32,000 nucleotides of DNA from contig NZ_CP047960.1 in NCBI RefSeq assembly GCF_014280195.1, forward strand, positions 600,001-632,000, written 5' to 3'. This document shows positions 8,908-17,096 of this stretch, one piece after another (positions within the stretch are counted from its first letter, which is position 1; each line of letters begins with the position of its first letter). Under the pieces are notes generated by a model. The model made no database searches, was not told where the DNA came from, and worked only from the letters and a program-made list of their open reading frames with translations. The position numbers and the translations under genes were made by a program. This DNA comes from Synechococcus sp. A15-24. GTDB lineage: Bacteria > Cyanobacteriota > Cyanobacteriia > PCC-6307 > Cyanobiaceae.

Positions 8908-10890
8908 TCAAGGCCGTCGTGGCACAAGCGAGCGGTTGAGTGCGCCGGGAGTCGATCCGCCCAGGAGCAGCCGTTTCAGCAGCATCAGAAGCCCCAGCAC
9001 TTCCCGCCGTGGCCGCCGTTCCGGCCAGATCCCATCACTGCAGAACAACCAGCGGATGAGGCAGTGCTGCTCTCGCTGGTTGAGGTCCCCCCAGTGCAGG
9101 GCAACCCGATGCGGTTGGGCCTTCAGCAACACGACCGGTAGAGGCGGCACGTCAGACGTCCATTGCAATTGACTGCTGTCAACGAGGGGGGGCAGGGCTG
9201 AGGCAAAAGCCAGCTCCACACCGCTCTCACTGATGGCAGTGATCCGGCAGGGATGGCGATGCCCCCCGGCATCGGTCAGCTCGGCGGGGTGATCCAGGCT
9301 GAGCCAGGGGGAGGGATCGCTCTGGGGAGGATCCCAGCAGGCGCGCAGGGCTACCAGGGTCCCCAGCAGGTTCAGCACCGCCCACACCAGCCCCAGCTGA
9401 AGCGGCCCGAGTTCGCCCCAGCCCTGGCGCATCAGCTGTTGGATCAGCCCGAGGAGGTTCGCCAGGTTGAAGAGGCTTAGAAGAATCAGGGGCAGAGCCA
9501 GAAACCAGGCCCAGCCGCCCTGGGAACGGTGGCGATGCTTGGGGGTGACCCGAAAGCCCATGGAGGATCCGAGCACGTGGCTGATCAGGGTCACCACCAG
9601 CGGAACGGTGAGCACCCAACTGGTCAGTTCGGTCAACAGGGCTGAGCGGCTGTGGCGATTCAGCCAGCCGATGCTGAGCAGCACCGTGCCCCACAGCGGC
9701 AGCATTAATTTGATGATCGACTGCTGGTCCAGAAGGATCGGAGTGATGCCAAGTAGGCCGTAGCTCAGCGGCATCAGCATCAGCACCAACCTCGGCAGGT
9801 TGTTCAGCCAATGGACCACACCCTCCAGGTAGGCCAGCCGTTGGCCCAGGCTGAGGCCACGGGCCTGCAGCGGCCCCTGGGGTAACCGCAGACTCTGCAG
9901 GGTGCCGTTGGCCCAGCGTTGCCGCTGCCGCACGAAGTCGGCCATGGATTCCGCGGCAAGTCCTGCGCTGAGCTTCTGCTGCAGATACAGCAACTTCCAA
10001 CCCTGCTCGCGCAGGGCGATGCCGGTGACGTAGTCCTCCGACAAGGCCGCTTCGACAAAGCCGCCCACCTGATCCAGGGCATGCCGGCGCACCACAAACG
10101 CAGTGCCGGCGCAGACCACGGCCCCCCAGCCGTCCCGCACTGGCTCGATCCAGCGGTAAAAGCTTTCTTCATCCGGCAGCAGCCAGGATTCCAGCCGCAG
10201 GTTGCGCATCACCGGATCGGCATTGATGAACGACTGCGGGGTCTGCAGCAGAGCCACGTCGGGCTCCAGCAGAAAGCCGATGCTGCGCTCCAGGAAGCGG
10301 TGCTGGGGGATGAAGTCCGCATCGAAAACCGCCACGAGCTCGCCATGGCAACGGCGAAGGCCTGCATTGAGATTGCCCGCCTTGGCATGCCGCTGTTCGG
10401 TACGACGCTGATAGCGACAGCCCAGGCTCCTGGCCAGCTGTCTCACCTCCTCACGACCGCCGTCATCCAGCACCCAAACCGTGGTGTGGGGATAGCTCTG
10501 CTGCGTGCAGCCCAGGAGCGAGCGTTGCAGCACCGCCAGGGGTTCGCCGTAGGTGGGCACCAGGATGTCCACATGGGGTCTCCAGTCCGAGGCCTGCCAC
10601 GCCTGATGGCGACTGTCGGCTTCCTGGCGACGGTCGGGGAAGCGGCGCCAGGCCAGCCATAGCGGCAGCAGACCGGTGATCAGCAGCCAGCTCTCCGCCA
10701 GCAGCAACAGACCGCTGAGGCTGGTGGACACCTTGCTGTCGAGGTTGAGGCTGGCGGTGCAGCGCCACTGCAGATAACGAAAGGTCAGGCCGCTGATCAG
10801 CAGGATCAGGCTGCGGCGGGCCCATAGAGGAGATTCCGATTCCGGTCGCTGGATCAGCGCCAACGGCCAGAGCAGCAGCAGCAGGCTCAC
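8908..10890 (-). CDS. Cellulose-synthase-like processive GT2 (BcsA-like) with a PilZ-like C-terminal region
   Basis: Motifs seen: 'ILVPTYGEP', 'VLDDGGR', 'AKAGNLNAG', 'VAVFDADF', 'SEDYVTG' and 'QRQRWANG' (QxxRW). Several TM segments flank the catalytic domain. The C-terminus contains 'ITAISESGVEL' (PilZ xxSxxG-like). The GTG start overlaps the dus stop (GTGA). Confidence 0.85.
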   Translation of the reverse strand: MSLLLLLWPLALIQRPESESPLWARRSLILLISGLTFRYLQWRCTASLNLDSKVSTSLSGLLLLAESWLLITGLLPLWLAWRRFPDRRQEADSRHQAWQASDWRPHVDILVPTYGEPLAVLQRSLLGCTQQSYPHTTVWVLDDGGREEVRQLARSLGCRYQRRTEQRHAKAGNLNAGLRRCHGELVAVFDADFIPQHRFLERSIGFLLEPDVALLQTPQSFINADPVMRNLRLESWLLPDEESFYRWIEPVRDGWGAVVCAGTAFVVRRHALDQVGGFVEAALSEDYVTGIALREQGWKLLYLQQKLSAGLAAESMADFVRQRQRWANGTLQSLRLPQGPLQARGLSLGQRLAYLEGVVHWLNNLPRLVLMLMPLSYGLLGITPILLDQQSIIKLMLPLWGTVLLSIGWLNRHSRSALLTELTSWVLTVPLVVTLISHVLGSSMGFRVTPKHRHRSQGGWAWFLALPLILLSLFNLANLLGLIQQLMRQGWGELGPLQLGLVWAVLNLLGTLVALRACWDPPQSDPSPWLSLDHPAELTDAGGHRHPCRITAISESGVELAFASALPPLVDSSQLQWTSDVPPLPVVLLKAQPHRVALHWGDLNQREQHCLIRWLFCSDGIWPERRPRREVLGLLMLLKRLLLGGSTPGALNRSLVPRRP

Positions 10891-11888
10891 TCCAGGGCCA
10901 GACGTTGAATCTCCAGCAACGCTAGGGCGTCCTCTGGGGTGGGAGCGCGCATCAAGGCATGACGCAGCTGCGGAGCTCCGGGAAAGCCGGTGCAGGTCCA
11001 GCCCATGTGCTTTCGGGCGATCAACAGCCCGTGTTCACCGCGGGATTCCACCAGCGCCAGCAGCTGCTCCCGGGCCAGGGTCAGGCGGGCTGCGGGGCCA
11101 GGGGTGGCTGGGATCGGCAGGCCCTTGAGTGCCGCATCTATCTGCCCCACCAGCCAGGGGGCCCCCATGGTTCCCCGGCCCACCATGACGCCGTCGGCGC
11201 CGGTCTGGGACAGGCAGCGCTGGGCATCCCCGGGAGTGTTGATGTCTCCGTTTGCGATCACCGGGATGGTGAGGGCCTGCTTGACGGCGGCGATGGCAGC
11301 CCAATCCGCCTTGCCTTTGAACCCCTGCTCGCGAGTCCGGCCGTGCAGGGTGAGTAATTGCGCACCGGCGTCCTGCAACTGCCGGCACCAGGTCTGAGGG
11401 TCGGCGTCGCTGCCGCACCAACCGAGTCGTGTTTTCACCGTGACGGGCAACCGCACGGCGTTTGCCACGGCTTCGATAATCCTGCTGGCGAGGTCGGGGT
11501 CGCGGATCAGCCCTGATCCGCCGCCCTTACGGGCGATCTTGCGCACCGGGCAACCCATGTTGATGTCGATCAGGAATGCCCCTACGTCTTCGGCTCGGCG
11601 GGCTGCATCGGCCATGGCCTCCGGGCGGTGATCGAACAGCTGCACGCCGATCGGGCCTTGCTCGTCGCCGAGTTCCTCCACCTTGCCGCGCCCGAAGCCC
11701 AGCTCAAGGCTGGTGGCATTTACCATCTCCGTGAACAGCAGCGCATCAGGCGCCCAGCCGCGCACTAGATGCCGGAATACACGGTCGCTGACGCCGGCCA
11801 GGGGGGACTGCAGCACGCGGCACTCCAGCCGCCGCGCCGTGCCGGACCCGGAAAGCTGTAGCGGAACGGAGGCGAGCATGGTCACCAT
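10887..11888 (-). CDS. dusB: tRNA-dihydrouridine synthase
   Basis: 'LAGVSDRVFRHL...TEMV', 'QLFDHRPEAMADAA', 'IDINMGCPVRKI', 'VTVKTRLGW' and 'LTLHGRT' are Dus family motifs. Confidence 0.9.
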   Translation of the reverse strand: MVTMLASVPLQLSGSGTARRLECRVLQSPLAGVSDRVFRHLVRGWAPDALLFTEMVNATSLELGFGRGKVEELGDEQGPIGVQLFDHRPEAMADAARRAEDVGAFLIDINMGCPVRKIARKGGGSGLIRDPDLASRIIEAVANAVRLPVTVKTRLGWCGSDADPQTWCRQLQDAGAQLLTLHGRTREQGFKGKADWAAIAAVKQALTIPVIANGDINTPGDAQRCLSQTGADGVMVGRGTMGAPWLVGQIDAALKGLPIPATPGPAARLTLAREQLLALVESRGEHGLLIARKHMGWTCTGFPGAPQLRHALMRAPTPEDALALLEIQRLALE

Positions 11889-12354
11889 GCTGCCGACTCA
11901 CGTGACCGACCTCTGGCCCCTTAGCCGGGCATTGCTGATGCAGATCCTGGAGGACCGTTGCAGCGACCGTTTCGTCTGTGAGCGGATCTGGGAGCGCCTG
12001 GGTTATGTCGAGGCGGATGGCACTTGGAGTGCAGGTCCCGAGACACCTCTCGATTGGAGGGAGGCTTGTCCGAAGGGCCCACAGCTGATTGCGCAACGGC
12101 CGGCTTCGGTTCGCCTGACCCGCTCGATCCCGAAGCAGCACAAGCAATTGCTGAAGCAGCAACTGCAGTTTCAGGGCTACCGCATCGGTGAGCTCTACCC
12201 GCGACGGACCCGCCGCGCCACCGCCGTGAGCTGGCTCCTGGCCTGGCTGGCCCAGCAGGAGATGCCCCTTGCGGAACAGGGGCCGATGGCTCCCGAGCTT
12301 CCGGTGCCCATGGATCCGGTCGCCGGCCACCCAGGCGACTTGCCGGTGGCTTGA
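11878..12354 (+). CDS. Conserved cyanobacterial hypothetical protein (DUF1823-like)
   Basis: 'ILEDRCSDRFVCERIWERLGY...RPASVRLTRSIPKQHKQLLKQQLQFQGYRIGELYPRRTRRATAVSWLLAWL' matches my recollection of the DUF1823 family. The start is set at ATG 11878 (MVTMLPT). The upstream part of the 11683 ORF is antisense to dus. Confidence 0.6.
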   Translation: MVTMLPTHVTDLWPLSRALLMQILEDRCSDRFVCERIWERLGYVEADGTWSAGPETPLDWREACPKGPQLIAQRPASVRLTRSIPKQHKQLLKQQLQFQGYRIGELYPRRTRRATAVSWLLAWLAQQEMPLAEQGPMAPELPVPMDPVAGHPGDLPVA

Positions 12355-12408
12355 ACCAGCCGGTGTCATCGGGTCTGTAGGGTTAAGGATTGATCGGAGT
12401 TCCGCCCT

Positions 12409-13776
12409 TTGGCGCGTCCCGTCGTCGCGATCATCGGACGCCCCAACGTCGGCAAGTCGACTCTGGTGAATCGTCTCTGCCGCAGTCGCGAAGCTATTGT
12501 GCATGACGAGCCTGGCGTCACCCGCGACCGCACCTACCAAGACGGTTACTGGGGCGATCGTGAGTTCAAGGTGGTCGACACCGGTGGCCTGGTGTTCGAC
12601 GACGACAGTGAATTTCTGCCGGAGATCCGTGAACAGGCGGCTCTGGCCATGGAGGAAGCCAGCGTTGCTGTGGTGATCGTGGATGGCCAGCAGGGCATCA
12701 CGGCTGCGGATGAATCCATCGCGGAATTTCTGCGCAGTCGACCCTGTCCAACGCTGCTGGCCGTCAACAAGTGCGAGTCGCCGGAGCAGGGTCTGGCGAT
12801 GGCAGCTGAATTCTGGAGCTTTGGACTGGGAGAACCCCATCCGATTTCAGCCATCCATGGAGTGGGCACCGGAGATCTGCTGGATCAGGTGCTCACCTTC
12901 CTGCCCCTTAAGGATCAGGAGGGGGATGAGGAGGAGCCGATCCAGATGGCGATCATCGGACGGCCGAATGTGGGTAAATCCAGTCTGCTCAATGCAATCT
13001 GTGGCGAGCAGCGGGCAATTGTGAGCCCCATCCGCGGCACCACACGGGACACCATCGACACCAACATTGTTAGTGAGAACCGCCCCTGGCGGCTGGTGGA
13101 CACCGCAGGGATCCGCCGCCGTCGGAGTGTCAATTACGGCCCTGAATACTTCGGCATCAACCGCAGTTTCAAAGCGATTGATCGCAGTGACGTCTGCGTG
13201 CTGGTGATCGATGCCCTCGATGGCGTCACCGAACAGGATCAGCGGCTGGCGGGGCGGATCGAGGAGGACGGTCGCGCCTGTGTGGTGGTGGTGAATAAAT
13301 GGGATGCGGTGGAGAAGGACAGCCACACCATGACGGCCATGGAAAAGGAGCTCCGGGCCAAGCTGTATTTCCTCGACTGGGCGCCGATGCTGTTTACCTC
13401 GGCCCTCACCGGTCAGCGGGTGGACAGCATTTTTGCTCTGGCCGCCCTGGCGGTGGAGCAGCACCGCCGGCGCGTCAGCACCTCCGTGGTGAATGAAGTG
13501 CTCAAGGAGGCCCTTAGTTGGCGCAGTCCCCCCACCACTCGCGGCGGCCGTCAGGGGCGTCTGTACTACGGCACCCAGGTGGCCAGCCGCCCCCCAAGTT
13601 TCACCCTGTTCGTCAACGACCCAAAGCTCTTCGGTGATACCTACCGCCGCTATGTCGAACGCCAGATCCGCGAGGGGCTGGGATTCGACGGCACCCCGGT
13701 GAAGCTCTACTGGCGTGGCAAGCAGCAACGCGATGCCGAACGGGACATGGTGCGTCAGCAGAACCGCCAGAGCTGA
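12409..13776 (+). CDS. der: Ribosome-biogenesis GTPase Der/EngA (two GTPase domains + KH-like domain)
   Basis: Two P-loops are present, '[18 protein letters not shown]' and '[18 protein letters not shown]', each followed by DTGG/DTAG and NKCE/NKWD motifs. TTG start. Confidence 0.95.
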   Translation: MARPVVAIIGRPNVGKSTLVNRLCRSREAIVHDEPGVTRDRTYQDGYWGDREFKVVDTGGLVFDDDSEFLPEIREQAALAMEEASVAVVIVDGQQGITAADESIAEFLRSRPCPTLLAVNKCESPEQGLAMAAEFWSFGLGEPHPISAIHGVGTGDLLDQVLTFLPLKDQEGDEEEPIQMAIIGRPNVGKSSLLNAICGEQRAIVSPIRGTTRDTIDTNIVSENRPWRLVDTAGIRRRRSVNYGPEYFGINRSFKAIDRSDVCVLVIDALDGVTEQDQRLAGRIEEDGRACVVVVNKWDAVEKDSHTMTAMEKELRAKLYFLDWAPMLFTSALTGQRVDSIFALAALAVEQHRRRVSTSVVNEVLKEALSWRSPPTTRGGRQGRLYYGTQVASRPPSFTLFVNDPKLFGDTYRRYVERQIREGLGFDGTPVKLYWRGKQQRDAERDMVRQQNRQS

Positions 13777-13779
13777 TCG

Positions 13780-14658
13780 ATGGACTGGCTGCGGCAGATC
13801 CCGATGGGGCAGTTCGTCGACGGCCGTGAGGGCTGGTTGCGTCGACTCGATGCCCGCTTGAAGTTGGCCTGGTCTCTGGTGTTTCTGCTCACCCCTGTGC
13901 TGGCGGGGCCGCTGTGGCGTGTGGCGCTGGTGCTTGGCCTGCTGCTTCTCACGTTGATCAGTGGCCTTCCCCGCAGGATCTGGTGGCGGTCCCTGCTGGT
14001 GCTGACGCTTTTGGCGCTGACGGTTGGCACTTTGTCGATGCTGTTGCCGGCCGCTGATCCGGCCGCAACGCTGGCCTTGCGTTCCCCCCAGGAGCTGCCG
14101 GATGCCCTGCCCCAGGGACCGTCCTGGGTGGTGTTTGAGCTGGGACCGCTCTCGGTGGACCGGGCCTCGCTGCTGTTGGGATTGCGCACCTCCACGCTGA
14201 TCTTCACGGTGATTCACAGCATCAATCTGGTACTGATCAGCACCCCACCTGAAGACCTGGTGTGGGCCCTGAGCTGGTGGCTGGCACCGCTCAACCGTCT
14301 CGGGCTGCCGATGGAACGGCTGGGGTTTCAGTTGTTGTTGGCCCTGCGCTTTCTTCCCCTGGTGCAGGAGGAACTGCAGAACCTGTTGCGATCCCTGGCC
14401 AGTCGTGCCGTCAACCTGCGCCGACTGGGGTTCAAGGCATCCTTCGGACTAGTGCTGGCGGTGGGAGAACGGCTGCTGGCCAACATCCTTCTGCGGGCGG
14501 AACAAGGGGCCGATGCCCTTGTGGCTCGCGGCGGCTCGGTCTCGGGGCCAGCAGGCTTCCGGATACCGGATGAGCGGCCGGCACCCCTGGTCAATGGACT
14601 GGCACTGTTGAGCCTATTGGCCGTGCTGGGTCTGAGGACTCGGTACGGTGATTTGTGA
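13780..14658 (+). CDS. Energy-coupling-factor transporter transmembrane (T) component, CbiQ family
   Basis: Polytopic membrane protein. 'LRTSTLIFTVIHSINLVLISTPPEDLVWALSWWLAPLNRLGLPMERLGFQLLLALRFLPLVQEE' resembles the CbiQ/EcfT conserved core. Confidence 0.7.
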   Translation: MDWLRQIPMGQFVDGREGWLRRLDARLKLAWSLVFLLTPVLAGPLWRVALVLGLLLLTLISGLPRRIWWRSLLVLTLLALTVGTLSMLLPAADPAATLALRSPQELPDALPQGPSWVVFELGPLSVDRASLLLGLRTSTLIFTVIHSINLVLISTPPEDLVWALSWWLAPLNRLGLPMERLGFQLLLALRFLPLVQEELQNLLRSLASRAVNLRRLGFKASFGLVLAVGERLLANILLRAEQGADALVARGGSVSGPAGFRIPDERPAPLVNGLALLSLLAVLGLRTRYGDL

Positions 14659-14672
14659 TCGAGGCTGCATCC

Positions 14673-14939
14673 ATGGCTGCCGAGCGCTATCTCAACCACC
14701 CCACATTCGGAATGTTGTATCGGGTGGCACCGGCCGGTGAGGGTCGGGACATCTACGCCACGTTGTATGCCCAGCGCATGTTCTTCCTAGTGACCTTGCA
14801 GCCCCGTGGAGCCCAGTTCGAGGTGATTCCCTACGGCGATGCCCGTCATCATGCCGATGTCAATCTGCAGCGCTGCCAGCGCGCCGGCTCCGAGGAACTG
14901 GAGAATTGGCGGCAGCTGTTTGATCAAACCTTCATCTGA
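14673..14939 (+). CDS. pipX: PII-interacting protein PipX
   Basis: 'ERYLNHPTFGMLYRV...ATLYAQRMFFLVT...FE' matches the S. elongatus PipX N-terminal Tudor-like domain (YLNHPTFGLLY...ATLYAQRLFFLV). An ATG 14673 start gives 88 aa, the typical PipX size. An alternative GTG at 14655 overlaps the preceding stop. Confidence 0.9.
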   Translation: MAAERYLNHPTFGMLYRVAPAGEGRDIYATLYAQRMFFLVTLQPRGAQFEVIPYGDARHHADVNLQRCQRAGSEELENWRQLFDQTFI

Positions 14940-14949
14940 CGGCTGAGCC

Positions 14950-15612
14950 TTGCCAGGCCTCCTCTCTGATCGCTGGACCGCTCTGCAGGCGGCGCTGCCG
15001 GCCACGGCACAGCTGCTGGCCGTCAGCAAGGGGCACCCCGCCGAGGCGATTCGTGAGCTGGCGGCCAGCGGTCAGCGAGCCTTTGGCGAGAGCCGGCTGC
15101 AAGAGGCGCTGCCCAAGCAAGAGCAGTTGGCGGACCTGGCCCTGCAATGGCATTTCATCGGGCGGCTGCAGAGCAACAAGGTGCGATCGGTGGTGCGTGC
15201 CTTTCCGGTGATTCATTCCGTCGATTCCTTGCCTCTGGCGCAGCGGGTATCCCGGATTGCCGGCGAGGAAGAGCAGCGACCGGAGGTGCTGCTGCAGGTA
15301 AAGCTACGGCCTGATGCCAACAAGGGCGGCTTCCTGCGCCATGAGCTGCTGTCTGCTTGGACAGAACTTGCTGCGTTGCCATCGATGACGGTCGTCGGAC
15401 TGATGACCATGGCGCCGATGGGCTGCGACGCAGATGATCGTCGGGCCTTGTTTCAGGAGTGCCGGGAACTGGCCGATCAGTTGGAGCTGAGCGAGTGCTC
15501 GATGGGCATGAGCGGCGATTGGCAAGAGGCGGCTGAGGCGGGCAGCACCTGGCTGCGTCTGGGGTCCGTGCTCTTTGGCCCCCGGCCGTCAGCACCACCT
15601 CAGGCTGGATGA
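14950..15612 (+). CDS. pipY: PLP-binding protein of the YggS/PROSC family (PipY)
   Basis: 'LLAVSKGHPAEAIREL...GQRAFGESRLQE', 'WHFIGRLQSNKV', 'HSVDS' and 'LSMGMSGDW' match the YggS pattern. It lies immediately downstream of pipX, as in other cyanobacteria. TTG start. Confidence 0.9.
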   Translation: MPGLLSDRWTALQAALPATAQLLAVSKGHPAEAIRELAASGQRAFGESRLQEALPKQEQLADLALQWHFIGRLQSNKVRSVVRAFPVIHSVDSLPLAQRVSRIAGEEEQRPEVLLQVKLRPDANKGGFLRHELLSAWTELAALPSMTVVGLMTMAPMGCDADDRRALFQECRELADQLELSECSMGMSGDWQEAAEAGSTWLRLGSVLFGPRPSAPPQAG

Positions 15613-15704
15613 CTTGCTGAGAGCTCTCTGAAACGTTATTCAAGGACAAGGTTGTCCCGACGCGCGGACTACCCCTTACGTCTCAGCCCGAGAGGAGTTT
15701 CAAG

Positions 15705-16271
15705 GTGTCGCTGATTTCCCGCCTGCGTGCCGTCGTCGCTGGTGACGACTATCTCGATGGCGATCTTGATGATCTGGTCTACGAGGACGATCAACCCGAA
15801 ACGGATCAGCGGGCCAGCCAGGCCGATGGTGGGGCTTTGGCCACCATCGGCGACAGCAATCCTTTCGACATGGGGGACAACTTTTCAGGGTCCAATGTGA
15901 TCGGCATGCCTGGCATCAGCACTGCCGCCGCTGAAGTGAATCTGATGGAGCCCCGCAGCTTCGATGAAATGCCCCGGGCGATTCAGGCCCTGCGTGAGCG
16001 CAAGACCGTCATCCTCAACCTGACGATGATGGAACCGGATCAGGCCCAGCGCGCGGTGGATTTCGTGGCCGGTGGCACCTTCGCCATCGACGGACACCAG
16101 GAGCGGGTGGGTGAAAGCATCTTCCTGTTCGCCCCCAGCTGCGTCACCGTGACCAACACCAGTCACGACGAAGCCACCACCCCCACGGTGGTGAGCCGTG
16201 ATGCGGAAGCCGAGCAACAGCAGGAAGCGTCGGCTGCTCCTTCCCCAGCTTGGGGCGCCGCCGCTCTTTGA
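15705..16271 (+). CDS. sepF: Cell division protein SepF
   Basis: '[63 protein letters not shown]' is the SepF/YlmF core. GTG start preceded by GAGGAG. Confidence 0.9.
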   Translation: MSLISRLRAVVAGDDYLDGDLDDLVYEDDQPETDQRASQADGGALATIGDSNPFDMGDNFSGSNVIGMPGISTAAAEVNLMEPRSFDEMPRAIQALRERKTVILNLTMMEPDQAQRAVDFVAGGTFAIDGHQERVGESIFLFAPSCVTVTNTSHDEATTPTVVSRDAEAEQQQEASAAPSPAWGAAAL

Positions 16272-16282
16272 GTTCGAGTCTT

Positions 16283-17095
16283 GTGGTTCCTTCCCTCGGT
16301 GTGATCGGCCTGGGCCGCATGGCCCAGGCGTTGGTGGAACCACTGTTGAGTAGCAAGGCGTTTCCGGCTGATCAGGTGTTGGCGGTTGTCGGCACTGCCG
16401 CTACTGCAGAGCGTCTGCGACAAGGGACCTTTGCAGGGGTCCCGATCCAGTCCTCCGGCAGCGCTGAAGCAGCTCGGGTCTGGATGGCGCCCATCCAGTT
16501 GCTGGCCGTCAAGCCCCAGCAGATCGATGGGATCGCCGCGGCGGCCCCTGTCACCGAAAACAAGCCTCTGTTGGTGTCCGTTTTGGCCGGCGTCAGCCTG
16601 GACCGCTTGCAGCGCCTGTTCCCCGGGCATCGTGTAGTGCGCGCGGTCCCGAACACCCCTGCGCTGGTGGGGGAAGGGCTCACGGCCCTGGCCTGGGGGG
16701 AGGCGATCAGCTCTGAGCAGCGCCTGCAGGTTCGTGAGTTGTTTGCCGGCGTCAGTGAGGTGCTGGAGTTGCCTGAAGACAAGCTCGATGCCTTTCTTGC
16801 TCTCACCTCTTCCGGCCCGGCGTTTGTGGCGCTGATGGCTGAAGCGATGGCGGATGGTGCGGTTGCGGCTGGCCTGCCGCGGGATCTGGCCCATCGTCTG
16901 GCCCATCGCACCCTGGCTGGAACCGCTGCGTTGCTTAATCAGCGTCAGTTGCACCCCGCCACGCTGAAAGACATGGTGACGTCCCCCGGTGGCACCACCA
17001 TCGCTGGGGTGCGCGCCCTGGAACGGGCGGGAGCCCGTTCCGCCTTGATGGAGGCCGTCATCGCTGCCGCCGAGCGCAGCCGCGAGCTCGCCTGA
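16283..17095 (+). CDS. proC: Pyrroline-5-carboxylate reductase
   Basis: 'LGVIGLGRMAQAL', 'AVKPQ', 'RAVPNTPALVGEG', 'SSGPAF' and 'VTSPGGTTIAG' are ProC motifs. The start is uncertain: GTG 16283 is chosen, while TTG 16250/16268 would overlap sepF. Confidence 0.88.
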   Translation: MVPSLGVIGLGRMAQALVEPLLSSKAFPADQVLAVVGTAATAERLRQGTFAGVPIQSSGSAEAARVWMAPIQLLAVKPQQIDGIAAAAPVTENKPLLVSVLAGVSLDRLQRLFPGHRVVRAVPNTPALVGEGLTALAWGEAISSEQRLQVRELFAGVSEVLELPEDKLDAFLALTSSGPAFVALMAEAMADGAVAAGLPRDLAHRLAHRTLAGTAALLNQRQLHPATLKDMVTSPGGTTIAGVRALERAGARSALMEAVIAAAERSRELA

Positions 17096-17096
17096 G

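Noticed and set aside
8908-9300. Calling the BcsA-like C-terminus a functional c-di-GMP receptor
   Set aside because: Only the xxSxxG-like strand is visible and the RxxxR is not at canonical spacing. I therefore report it only as PilZ-like/possibly degenerate.
11683-11877. Upstream part of the 223-aa plus-strand ORF preceding the DUF1823-like gene
   Set aside because: It lies antisense to the dus 5' coding region and has an Arg/Ser/Pro-rich composition. The conserved family similarity begins after Met at 11878.
12847-14217. A 456-aa ORF on the minus strand, antisense to der and the ECF-T gene
   Set aside because: Its composition is extreme (Gln/Arg/Pro/Gly/His-rich, low complexity) and I recognise no motifs. 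It lies entirely opposite two strongly supported genes. This is typical of spurious long antisense ORFs in >60% GC DNA.
15619-15628. Loop-less 10-nt palindromes after stop codons as terminators: GAGAGCTCTC after pipY, and GTCAGCTGAC at 24913-24922 after the ylqD-like gene
   Set aside because: They have no loop and no following T tract, so they cannot form a stable terminator hairpin. They are probably chance palindromes or restriction-site-like sequences.
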